From an uncultured Clostridiaceae bacterium (GTDB lineage: Bacteria > Bacillota_I > Bacilli_A > RFN20 > CAG-288), in assembly GCA_964427595.1 (NCBI GenBank), contig CAYRUQ010000006.1, positions 1-58,598 of the forward strand: 58,598 nt of DNA, written 5' to 3'. The position numbers were made by a program, and so were the translations under genes. The notes under the pieces were generated by a model. The model did not search any database, had not been told where the DNA came from, and saw nothing but the letters and a program-made list of their open reading frames with translations. Positions 48,231 to 57,436 of this stretch are shown one piece after another. The stretch's first letter is position 1; each line of letters begins with the position of its first letter.

Positions 48231-49340
48231 ATGTCTAAGAAAGAGAAAAACACCTTGGGGGGGTATGTTTATTTATTTGTAAACCACGAATATGGTGAGA
48301 ACATCATTAAAATAGGTTTTACTAATAATATCGATAGAAGATTACACGAATTAAATAGTCAATCCGGAGTTATTGGTCGGTTTGAACTTTACGCCTATTA
48401 CGAAACCTCGCAGGAATTAGCAGACACGCCGTTTCACGATCTAATAGATCGACTAAATCCCGATTTAAGAATACAGAAAAATAGAGAATTTTTTAGAATT
48501 CATCCGAAAAAAGGTTATGAAGTTTTAAAAGATATAGCTGCTATCAGCGGTTATGAAAATCAGGTTAAATTAGCTAGTGAATTTTATGTTTCACATCCAG
48601 ATCAAACAACAAAACAACAAGATTCATCAACAAGAAAATCAAATTCCGAGACAGATCTCTCCTATAAAACTCTGCATTTTGATGACTTGGTGAATTTTGG
48701 ATTGATTCATATTGGCGATGTTCTTTTTATTGAAAACAAACCCAATTCAGAAGCAAAAGTTATCGATAATAAACATGTCCTATATAATGGAACTCCACTA
48801 TCTCCAGATAAATATGCTAAAAGTTTTTATGTTTCGATATCTTGTTATACGGTCATCATTCATAAAAACTCAAATAAACTATTAGACGATTTAAGAAAAG
48901 AGCTTTTCGAACAACAAAAATCATCTACGACTATACCAATTACTCAGTCATCAAGGTCTTTTGCTAACATTTCAAATTACGGAAGCAAACACACTTTATT
49001 TGAAAACAATTATTCAGGTTTAAAAGCAAAGAGTTTTGATTTCCGTGGTGAACATCATGAAGTAAGAAATCTAACGGAAATGTTGGTCGAGTTTTGTGGC
49101 ATACTTTATAAATATGATAAAAATCGTCTTTTAGAGTTAGCCAGAGAAAATTGCAGATTAGAAAATTCAGATAGATATTTGTTTTCTTTTGATGAAAGTC
49201 ATTTATACCGTGGAAAGGAAATTCTAAACTCTGGAATTTTTATCGAGACCAACAATGATAATAATAGGAAGATTAAAATTATTAAAATGTTGATTGACCT
49301 CTTTGATTTAAATCCTTCAGATTTTGTTTTCTATGCATGA
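48231..49340 (+). CDS. GIY-YIG (T5orf172-like) nuclease with RAMA-like and SeqA C-terminal-like domains
   Basis: GYVYL...IKIGFT...RRLHELN..GV...F, REFF; middle DLVNFGLIHIGDVL..A.V.....V.YNG..LSP...LDDLR; C-terminal GIFIETNNDNNRKIKIIKML; GGAGG RBS. Confidence 0.85.
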   Translation: MSKKEKNTLGGYVYLFVNHEYGENIIKIGFTNNIDRRLHELNSQSGVIGRFELYAYYETSQELADTPFHDLIDRLNPDLRIQKNREFFRIHPKKGYEVLKDIAAISGYENQVKLASEFYVSHPDQTTKQQDSSTRKSNSETDLSYKTLHFDDLVNFGLIHIGDVLFIENKPNSEAKVIDNKHVLYNGTPLSPDKYAKSFYVSISCYTVIIHKNSNKLLDDLRKELFEQQKSSTTIPITQSSRSFANISNYGSKHTLFENNYSGLKAKSFDFRGEHHEVRNLTEMLVEFCGILYKYDKNRLLELARENCRLENSDRYLFSFDESHLYRGKEILNSGIFIETNNDNNRKIKIIKMLIDLFDLNPSDFVFYA

Positions 49341-49413
49341 CAACAATCAATAAAGTTCTAGAAAAGTTAAAGCAATTTCAAATAAATAAATCAAATCGGA
49401 ATATTTAATTAAT

Positions 49414-49449
49414 AAAAAAACGGAGTTGGTTTAGTCCAACTCCGCTTTT
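49414..49449. terminator. Bidirectional terminator overlapping the last codons of the ABC exporter gene
   Basis: CGGAGTTGG-TTTAGT-CCAACTCCG (49421-49444) with an A7 run and a T4 run. Confidence 0.8.
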
Positions 49450-51524
49450 CCTGTCCACAATTCGTAATAACGTCCCTTAAGAGCGATGAGTTCATCGTGA
49501 TTACCTCTTTCGATAATCTTACCATGATCCATGACCATGATGCAGTCAGCGTATCTGATGGTGGAGAGACGGTGAGCGATGACAAAGGTAGTCTTGCCTT
49601 TCATGATGTTATCCATACCTTTAGAGATCAGTCTTTCGGTTCTGGTATCAACTGAAGAAGTAGCTTCATCAAGAATCAAGATAGGAGGGTTAGAGACAGC
49701 GCATCTTGCGATAGATAGAAGCTGTTTTTGTCCTTGTGATAAAGAGGCGTTTGCAGCATCGATATAAGTGTTATATCCGTCAGGTAGCTTTCTGATGAAC
49801 TCATCTGCACAAGCTATCTTAGCGGCTTCTTCACACTCTTCATCAGTGGCTTTTAATCTTCCATAACGGATGTTGTCATAGATAGTTCCTGAGAAGAGAT
49901 GAGTGTCTTGTAAGACGAGAGTCATCGATCTACGCATCGAGACTCTATCGATCTCTTTTAAATCGATTCCATCAATTAATATCTCACCGGAATCGATGTC
50001 ATAGAATCTGGTTAACATATTGGTGATGGTCGTCTTACCGGCACCTGTTGAACCGACTAGAGCGATTCTCTGTCCCGGGTGAGCATATAAAGTGATGTCA
50101 TCAAGGACTTTCTGACCTTCGACATAAGAGAAGTTGACATGCTCCATTTTGACATCGCCGAGGACTGGCTGAGTAGTAGTACCATCACTCCAGTAGAATT
50201 TACCATCCTCTTCGTTTTTATAAGACTTCCATTTAGCTTCTTTAAGACTAGGTTCAGGGTTGATATCCATCATTTGGAAGATTCTTTCACAACCAGCAAG
50301 AGAAGCCTGAATCATCGTCATCATGTTGGAGATGGAGTTAAAAGGTCTTGAGAACATTCTAAGGAAGGTGATGAAAGAAAGAAGAGTACCGATAGAGACG
50401 ATAGAACCACTACCACTTCCAGTAGCAAGTAAGACACAACCGATGATGGCGATTAAAGCAGTAGCGATATTATTGATGTTATTGACGATAGGAATGTTTA
50501 AAGAAGAGAGGAAGACTGAGCGTCTATTATGGATGGTATGTCTATAGTCGATCGATTTGAATAGCTCAGACATATCCTCTTCTTTAGAGAAGCATTTGAC
50601 GACTTTAAGACCGGATAAGACTTCCTCAGCCATACCGTTAAACTCACCCATTGAGACTTGGGTCTCTGAGAAAGCGGAGACTGATCTGTGGACATTGATA
50701 GCGACGATCATGACGGCTAGCAGTTCTATAGCTACTGTGATCAACGCTAATAACCAGTTTAAGATGAAGATGAAGACTAAGATTCCTATTAACATCAACA
50801 AAGAAGTGAAGATCTCCATGATACCGGTATTGAATAATTGAGCCATGTTATCGACATCATTGCTGAATCTCGACATGATGTCACCATGCGGTATGCTATC
50901 GAAGTATTTAAGGGGTAGGTTTTGAAGTTTTTCAAACATGTCGTTTCTAAGTCTCATCAGTGAAGAAGAACCGATCCTCGTCATTAAGAAGACTTGAGCT
51001 AGCGAACAAAGGAAACTGAGAATATAACAAGCGAACATGATCAGCATGATGATACCTAGATACATCAAGGCGACATCAACAGCGTTAGCGCTCGTCCAAT
51101 CAACAAGATTGAAGATATATCTGTAGAGGAACATCTGACTTTCGATAGTCTGAGAGTAATAACCTTCTAGTGAACCACCAATCAACCAGTTACCAGTAGC
51201 TGAATAAACAGCTGGTTGTAATAGAGAGTCAACTAATGGGGCTGATAAGAAGGTTCCAAGAAGATTGATTAAGATGGTGATGATAGTGATGATAGTGACT
51301 ACTAATAGTCTCCACTTATCAGGAGCGATGTAGTGGAAGACTCTCACGAGAGACTTCCAAGAATGCTCTGGTTTACCATAGCCTTTCTTTCTTCTTGAAT
51401 AAGTTTCTGTGATCTCTTTATAACCTTCTTTACCGCAAGAGTATTGGATTCTGACTCCGTTTACTAAAGGACCTTGTCCAGAAGCAGAGAAGCCGTTTAA
51501 TTTTTGATTACTATCGTTTTTCAT
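49431..51524 (-). CDS. Heterodimeric ABC exporter, consensus-site subunit (TM288-like)
   Basis: TMD plus GSTGAGKT, LSQGQKQ, LILDEATSSVD, IAHR. Confidence 0.92.
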   Translation of the reverse strand: MKNDSNQKLNGFSASGQGPLVNGVRIQYSCGKEGYKEITETYSRRKKGYGKPEHSWKSLVRVFHYIAPDKWRLLVVTIITIITILINLLGTFLSAPLVDSLLQPAVYSATGNWLIGGSLEGYYSQTIESQMFLYRYIFNLVDWTSANAVDVALMYLGIIMLIMFACYILSFLCSLAQVFLMTRIGSSSLMRLRNDMFEKLQNLPLKYFDSIPHGDIMSRFSNDVDNMAQLFNTGIMEIFTSLLMLIGILVFIFILNWLLALITVAIELLAVMIVAINVHRSVSAFSETQVSMGEFNGMAEEVLSGLKVVKCFSKEEDMSELFKSIDYRHTIHNRRSVFLSSLNIPIVNNINNIATALIAIIGCVLLATGSGSGSIVSIGTLLSFITFLRMFSRPFNSISNMMTMIQASLAGCERIFQMMDINPEPSLKEAKWKSYKNEEDGKFYWSDGTTTQPVLGDVKMEHVNFSYVEGQKVLDDITLYAHPGQRIALVGSTGAGKTTITNMLTRFYDIDSGEILIDGIDLKEIDRVSMRRSMTLVLQDTHLFSGTIYDNIRYGRLKATDEECEEAAKIACADEFIRKLPDGYNTYIDAANASLSQGQKQLLSIARCAVSNPPILILDEATSSVDTRTERLISKGMDNIMKGKTTFVIAHRLSTIRYADCIMVMDHGKIIERGNHDELIALKGRYYELWTGKAELD

Positions 51525-53470
51525 CATTCGACTCCTTTTGCTTGGATGGTATCTATCTCTTGATAAAGAGGACAGGTCTTTAATAGTTCTTCGCGAGTTC
51601 CTAAACCGACCATTTCTCCTTTATCTAAGACTAAAATCTGATCACAGCGTTTTACTGAATCTATTCTCTGAGCGATGATGAAGACAGTGGTATCTTTAAG
51701 CTTAGTCGCTAATTGTTCGTTGATTCTTCTTGAAGTTTCCATATCACAAGCGGAAGTGGAGTCATCGAGAATCAAGATCTTCGGTTTCTTGATGACCGCT
51801 CTTGCGATACAAAGACGTTGTTTTTGACCACCGGAGACAGATTTACCGCCTTGAGTGACCGGAGTATCAAGACCTTCTTTAAAACCTCTGACAAAATCAG
51901 CAGCTTGAGCGATCTCTAAAGCTTCCCAAATCTCTTCGTCAGTAGCGTCTTTCTTTCCCCAACAGATATTAGATCTGATCGTTCCAGTGAAGAGGATGTT
52001 GTTTTGAAGAACGACACCGATGTCGTTTCTCAAAGCTCTCACTGAGTAGTCTTTAACATCATGACCTGAGATAGAAACGACTCCTTCAAGTGGATCATAT
52101 AAACGGGGAATGAGATTGACCAGCGATGATTTACCTGAACCTGTTCCACCGACGATACCGATAATCTTTCCTTGTTCAACATCAAGAGATATAGGACCTA
52201 TCGCTGCTTTATTTCTATCTTCTACATAAGAGAAGAGAACATTATCAAATTTCACATGTCCATCTTTTAAAGAATCGGGATCAAAGTCTGCTGTCTTTTC
52301 TTTGGGTGCATAAGAGATATCGATCTTCTCACATAAGACACGATCGATTCTCTCTTTGCTAGCTTGCGCTCTTCCATAGTGTTGGAAGAGAACTGAGAGA
52401 AAGGAGAAAGCCATCGTTAAAACAGCAGTGAAGGAAGTTAACATCGACAATTCTCCAGCATCAAAGAGAGCACTACCATTATTCATGATTTGCCAGATAG
52501 TGTTATCTAAGGCGGTGTTGATCATTGAAAAGCCACCGAAGTACTGGATCAAAGCGACGGTAACATTGATAGCTAAAGTAGTGATAGCAGATGATAAACC
52601 GATTTTAGAGACGGAAGAATAAGTGATGACAGTCAGGTTTTCATTTGATCTAGCAAAACGCTGCTCCATATAAGGTTCTCTACAGAAAGCCTTAACTTCT
52701 CTGATACCTTCTGTATCTTCTTCCACATTCTTGTTGACACTATCTAAGGCACTTTGAATCATGATGAACTCAGGTCTCGTCTTTTTGATGATCACCATGA
52801 TGATGAAGAAAGCTAGTAGTGAGATAGGTAGTGTTATAAGACCGATCGCCCAGTTTAAAGAGAAGATAAAACAGAAACAGAAGATGGCGACTAATGATTG
52901 TTTGAATCCCATTCTTACCATCATCAAGAGGAAGAAACGGATGTTGTTGCAGTCATTAGAGAGCATCGTCGTCAATTTAGAGACAGGGAAGTGTGAGATG
53001 TTAGAGAACGAGAATTGTTCTACTTTCCAGAAAATCGTGTTTCTAAGTCTTTCAGCGAAGTCACTTGAGATGATAGCTGACAGCTTCATACCGATACCTT
53101 GAGCGATGATAGCTAGAACTGCGCAACCGATGATAAGACCTCCATAGAGCCAGACAGACGTCATGGCTCCCTGAGCTAGTCCTTCACCATAGACGATCGG
53201 TTGAGGCAGTCCTTCAGCGCTTAAGTTCCCATAGCCTTCTAATCCGTTTCGAATCAATAGACCACTTAGATAAGGAACCATCAACTCGAATAAGGCATCT
53301 AATAAGATGACGAGGAAATCAAGGATGACGAGCTTATAAGAGGGTTTGAGACATTCAAGGTAAATCTTGATTGTGTTTTTAGCATCTTGTTTGTCGATGA
53401 GAGCGTCTCTTTTCGTGTAATGGAGATCCTCTTTAGCTCGCTGTTTCAGTTCTTTAATGCGAGTACCCAT
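51524..53470 (-). CDS. Heterodimeric ABC exporter, degenerate-site subunit (TM287-like)
   Basis: TMD plus GGTGSGKS, VSGGQKQR, LILDDST and IAQR substitutions; start at 53470 after GGAG (53488 also possible). Confidence 0.92.
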   Translation of the reverse strand: MGTRIKELKQRAKEDLHYTKRDALIDKQDAKNTIKIYLECLKPSYKLVILDFLVILLDALFELMVPYLSGLLIRNGLEGYGNLSAEGLPQPIVYGEGLAQGAMTSVWLYGGLIIGCAVLAIIAQGIGMKLSAIISSDFAERLRNTIFWKVEQFSFSNISHFPVSKLTTMLSNDCNNIRFFLLMMVRMGFKQSLVAIFCFCFIFSLNWAIGLITLPISLLAFFIIMVIIKKTRPEFIMIQSALDSVNKNVEEDTEGIREVKAFCREPYMEQRFARSNENLTVITYSSVSKIGLSSAITTLAINVTVALIQYFGGFSMINTALDNTIWQIMNNGSALFDAGELSMLTSFTAVLTMAFSFLSVLFQHYGRAQASKERIDRVLCEKIDISYAPKEKTADFDPDSLKDGHVKFDNVLFSYVEDRNKAAIGPISLDVEQGKIIGIVGGTGSGKSSLVNLIPRLYDPLEGVVSISGHDVKDYSVRALRNDIGVVLQNNILFTGTIRSNICWGKKDATDEEIWEALEIAQAADFVRGFKEGLDTPVTQGGKSVSGGQKQRLCIARAVIKKPKILILDDSTSACDMETSRRINEQLATKLKDTTVFIIAQRIDSVKRCDQILVLDKGEMVGLGTREELLKTCPLYQEIDTIQAKGVE

Positions 53471-54034
53471 ATGTTCTCCGATTTTCATTTGTTTAACCTT
53501 GTTTATTGTATTACTAAAGAACTAAAAGTAATTATGAAAAGACAAAAAATCGTCTCATTTTAAGGAGGTTTTACATATCAAGGTATTTATTTTAAAAAAA
53601 TATACGGTGATTTGGTTTGAGGTGGGTTTAGAAACATCTTTTAAATATGAATTAGTAGTTGGTTAACGACATAACATGTATAAAAATATAGATAAAAGAT
53701 TAAGCTAAATCAGTTTTCTTGTCTTCAAATTTAGTTGATTCTTCTTTTCTTAGTTTCTTTCAAGACACTGATTTATTGACGCTTACAGTTTTTCGCATAA
53801 AAAATATTAAGTGTGCTGAAAACATATCTATTTTGTACCGCTCACTATTTATTAAAGGTATTTAAACTGAATTTCTAATTAACCAATATTTTTGAACGAA
53901 TATCTCCTATAAGTAATGATGACAGATAATTTCTTATGTTTTCTTAATAATTTGTCATAATGCAAATCTATCATTTGATTTGTGGTTCATATTTATTTAT
54001 CTGCTAGTAGCAGTGGAATGTTGATGAAATCTAT

Positions 54035-54463
54035 TTATTCATCACCCCAGATATCAAGATTAGACATTGCCTGTATGTAATTGGATGGTGGTATCGGTAG
54101 ATCTGGAAACAAACCTATCTTTTTATGTGCCATATAAGCGACTAATATCTCATTATTGATGATATTTAACTTTCCACTTCTAAAATAGTAGAAAATATCA
54201 CCATAAGAAATAGGAATACCGGAAGCAGATATAGTGATCTCTATGTATTTTTTATTCTTTTGAGTTAATACTTTGATACTGACACCTAATGAAGTTAAAG
54301 AACTTTTAATTTCACTTGCGACTTTCTCAGCGTCTTTTAAACCGATGACTTCTTTATTTTTATTTAGACCGATATAAAACTTTCCACCACCGGCGTTTGC
54401 AAGTCCATAAAGCCATGGTATGAAATCATTTTTCCACTCTTCAGCATAAATATACTCAACCAT
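54035..54463 (-). CDS. Stand-alone divergent AlbA_2 (Schlafen-like) domain protein
   Basis: W.N.F..W..GLANAGGGK.YIG......V.G..DA, KYIEI......PISY....Y.RSG; AAGGAG RBS. Confidence 0.75.
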   Translation of the reverse strand: MVEYIYAEEWKNDFIPWLYGLANAGGGKFYIGLNKNKEVIGLKDAEKVASEIKSSLTSLGVSIKVLTQKNKKYIEITISASGIPISYGDIFYYFRSGKLNIINNEILVAYMAHKKIGLFPDLPIPPSNYIQAMSNLDIWGDE

Positions 54464-54655
54464 CTCTTCTCTCCTTATAAGTCAGTATTGTTATTAAAAT
54501 TAAGACTCTGTTGCTGTTTGCTTTATCTTAACAAAACGAAGAATTACTCACTAGTCAGATAGAGAGAAAGAGGTGTTCCTGGAAAATTTTTAACCATAAA
54601 AACAGATGAACATAATGAGTCAAATTAGAACACTATTATTTGTCTTATCTAACAA

Positions 54656-56671
54656 TTAGAGATTACTTTGCGACTTATTAGTGAGTGGTAGATAAAATGC
54701 GATGATATTTAGCAAAGCAATACAAAGTAATAATCCTAATGCGAGTGGAACTCCTATATAAAAAATCGGTAAGAATCGTGAAAGATTAAATATAAGACAA
54801 GCGATACTTAACAAGGCCATACTGATTAAAAAGTCAACAGTTATGATAGCAAGGAGAGGAATAAGGGATATTAAAATTACTTTCTTTTTCATCACTCCAT
54901 AATTTAAGAAGAAATCTTTTTTAATTTGATAGTAAGCATGTAAATCACTAAGAACTTTTCTTTTAAGAAGAAAAACAACAATAACTGAAAATGCGCTTAT
55001 CAAAATTATGACGAAATCAACAAAAGTAAATTCAACAGGCAACTGTAGCATCCCTTGAGAAATTGTAAAACCATCAAAAATGGTTTTAACTTCAACATAT
55101 CTTCCGATTTTTAAGAAATTTCTTTCATCTAGGCTTTTTATAAACTCGCTATCTTTTTTAGAATCAATACTAAGTTTACAAATGATATTAGAAGTATTGA
55201 TGTCTTCTTTTTGATATGCGATTAAGTAGCGAGATAATGCAAATGAACTAGATAAAAGCAGACGACTATATCCTTCAAGTGGCGCTTCCAAATTTTCAAT
55301 ATGTTCATTTATAAAAGACATATCTTCAGTTTCATATATACCGACAATAGTTTGATTACCTAATTTCATGCCTATGAGTTGATCTATATCTGTTATTTCA
55401 TGATTTAAATCATCATAGAAAAGACCATATTTAATAAAGAAATTTGCTTGCAACCAAGTTATCGCAATCTCGTTTTCATCAGCAGGTAAACGATTTTCAG
55501 TTTGATCAGATAATCTTGAATCTCTTGTAAGATTGAGAGGGTTAGAGGTCGGATAATACATAACCATTGCTGAATCAGCAGAATCTAGATAATTATCGCT
55601 TTTTAATTTGGTGATTATATTAGGTAGGCAATATTCACTCAGTCTATTAGAAGAAGCAGTATAAATCACATCAAAATTAGAATACTCTTCTATTTTTTCG
55701 ATTTGATTATCGGTAAATAAAACAGAATTCTCATCATATCCACCATGGTTATAAAAGGAGGTCTCTCTAGAATTAAGAGCAATATAGTTGATGTTATTAG
55801 AATAAGAGGCTGATAAAGTAATCGGCTTATAATCAACCATGCAATAGTGAACAAGTAAACTGATTAAAGCAAAGACAAATGAAAGTAATAAGGTAGTTAA
55901 CAAGCATTTTTTACTTAATGATTTTGGATTTATAAAAGGAAACTCCAAAGCTTGTTTGATAGATAGTTTGTAGTCCAAATTCGGCTCAGTATCGCCTGCT
56001 GTTAAATTTGAAGTTGATGTCTCATCTTTACAAATAAAAGAAATTTCACCATTTCTAACAGAATAAGACTGTGTAAGATTTTCTTCATTGATGACTTTTT
56101 GAGAGGAGGTAAACACCAATAAAAGCTCATGTGATATCGATTCTAGTAACTTTAATAAATCGCTCTTCTCATCTTCGGTGAAATCATCAGAAAGATCAGT
56201 TAAAAAGAGAATCTTCGGTTTTTTAATCAATGCACATGCTATAGCAAGTTTTAGACTCTCCGTTTTACTTAATACTGATGTTTGCTTATTTACAAATGCA
56301 TCATCAACAATAAAACCAACCTTTTCTAACAACTCAAAAGCTTCTTTGCTATTATAGGGCTTATTTAAAATAGAGTAGCAACACTTTAATTGATCTTGTA
56401 CTGAAAGTCCGACAATCACTAAAGCGTCTATATCAATATAGGAAACATCGGCTTTATATTTTTGCAGATGCTTTTTGCTATAAGACTTATCATCGATGTT
56501 TATGGTACATTCAGATAATTTCTCATTTCCTGATAGCAAACGGATGATATTCTTTCTTTCTGAGACATTATCACTGAAAAAACAAATTAAACCTGTATCT
56601 GGCAAATCAATTGTCAACTGATTGATTTTAGTTTTCTTAGTTTGCTTCGGTTTTATATCTGCTTTGAACAT
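54656..56671 (-). CDS. Degenerate ABC ATPase fused to an FtsX-like permease
   Basis: ABC scaffold (IDLPDTGL, LLEKVG, LAIACALIKKPKIL) without Walker A/B or LSGGQ; RLP..ENEIAI ectodomain; 4 TMs. Confidence 0.75.
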   Translation of the reverse strand: MFKADIKPKQTKKTKINQLTIDLPDTGLICFFSDNVSERKNIIRLLSGNEKLSECTINIDDKSYSKKHLQKYKADVSYIDIDALVIVGLSVQDQLKCCYSILNKPYNSKEAFELLEKVGFIVDDAFVNKQTSVLSKTESLKLAIACALIKKPKILFLTDLSDDFTEDEKSDLLKLLESISHELLLVFTSSQKVINEENLTQSYSVRNGEISFICKDETSTSNLTAGDTEPNLDYKLSIKQALEFPFINPKSLSKKCLLTTLLLSFVFALISLLVHYCMVDYKPITLSASYSNNINYIALNSRETSFYNHGGYDENSVLFTDNQIEKIEEYSNFDVIYTASSNRLSEYCLPNIITKLKSDNYLDSADSAMVMYYPTSNPLNLTRDSRLSDQTENRLPADENEIAITWLQANFFIKYGLFYDDLNHEITDIDQLIGMKLGNQTIVGIYETEDMSFINEHIENLEAPLEGYSRLLLSSSFALSRYLIAYQKEDINTSNIICKLSIDSKKDSEFIKSLDERNFLKIGRYVEVKTIFDGFTISQGMLQLPVEFTFVDFVIILISAFSVIVVFLLKRKVLSDLHAYYQIKKDFFLNYGVMKKKVILISLIPLLAIITVDFLISMALLSIACLIFNLSRFLPIFYIGVPLALGLLLCIALLNIIAFYLPLTNKSQSNL

Positions 56672-56805
56672 AGAATTTATTAGTTTTAATCATCAACAAA
56701 CAAGTAAAATATGACTTTCACAAATATTTGTATCTGTAAGCATTCTAATAAAGCATCAAGGGGCATTCAAGAGCAAATATGCTGTTCTGTCAAATTTGAA
56801 CAAAG

Positions 56806-56831
56806 AAAAAAACGCCTTTAGGCGTCTTTTT
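56806..56831 (-). terminator. Intrinsic terminator after rplT
   Basis: ACGCC-TTTA-GGCGT with an A7 run on the + strand. Confidence 0.75.
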
Positions 56832-56854
56832 CATTGATGTTAGTTATTGAGTAA

Positions 56855-57226
56855 TTACTTAGCTGCAGCTTCTTGTTCGATAGCTTTGTTAGCGATATCG
56901 ACTAAAGCGTGGAATTCAGCTTCATCAGTACCAGCGATTTCGCTGAGCATCTTTCTGTTTAAAGAGATGTTGGAAAGCTTGAGTCCGTACATGAATCTAG
57001 AATAGGAGATTCCTTCTGCCTTGCAAGCAGCGGAGATTCTTCTGATCCAAAGCTTACGGTAATCTTGTTTTCTTTCCTTACGACCATTGAATGCATAAGC
57101 ATCCGCTCTCATGACGGATTCTTTAGCAGTCTTATAAAGTCTATGTCTAGCGCCGAAATAACCTTCGGCTCTCTTTAAGATACGTTTGCGATTTGCGTGT
57201 CTGACGGTTCCGCCTTTGACTCTCAT
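56855..57226 (-). CDS. rplT: 50S ribosomal protein L20
   Basis: MRVKGG, GYFG.R..LYK.A, RK..YRKLWI.RI, SYSRFM.GLK, LNRKMLSEIA. Confidence 0.98.
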   Translation of the reverse strand: MRVKGGTVRHANRKRILKRAEGYFGARHRLYKTAKESVMRADAYAFNGRKERKQDYRKLWIRRISAACKAEGISYSRFMYGLKLSNISLNRKMLSEIAGTDEAEFHALVDIANKAIEQEAAAK

Positions 57227-57241
57227 TTATCCTATCCTCCC

Positions 57242-57436
57242 TTATCTGCTGATCATGCCGGAGACAATCTTAGTCTGAGTAGGCTTGAGATATCTGGCCT
57301 TTCTGTTGTGTCTGATCAATTTATGGGTTTTGTTGTGGGAGAGGTGGGAAGTGTTTTGGTTCCACTTTTTAACTTCTCCGTTAGCGGTGAATCTGAATCT
57401 CTTAACGGCACCGCGCTTACTCTTCATCTTCGGCAT
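57242..57436 (-). CDS. rpmI: 50S ribosomal protein L35
   Basis: MPKMKS.RGA.KRFR.TA.G, TSHL..NKT.K..R. Confidence 0.97.
   Translation of the reverse strand: MPKMKSKRGAVKRFRFTANGEVKKWNQNTSHLSHNKTHKLIRHNRKARYLKPTQTKIVSGMISR

Noticed and set aside
51524-53470. D-for-E Walker B and Q-for-H switch as signs of a dead transporter
   Set aside because: This is the normal degenerate site of heterodimeric exporters; the partner subunit is canonical
53993-54037. In-frame peptide IDFINIPLLLADK after the AlbA_2 stop, resembling a DUF4143 C-terminus (readthrough or remnant)
   Set aside because: Only 13 residues and a TAA stop; similarity too short to distinguish from chance
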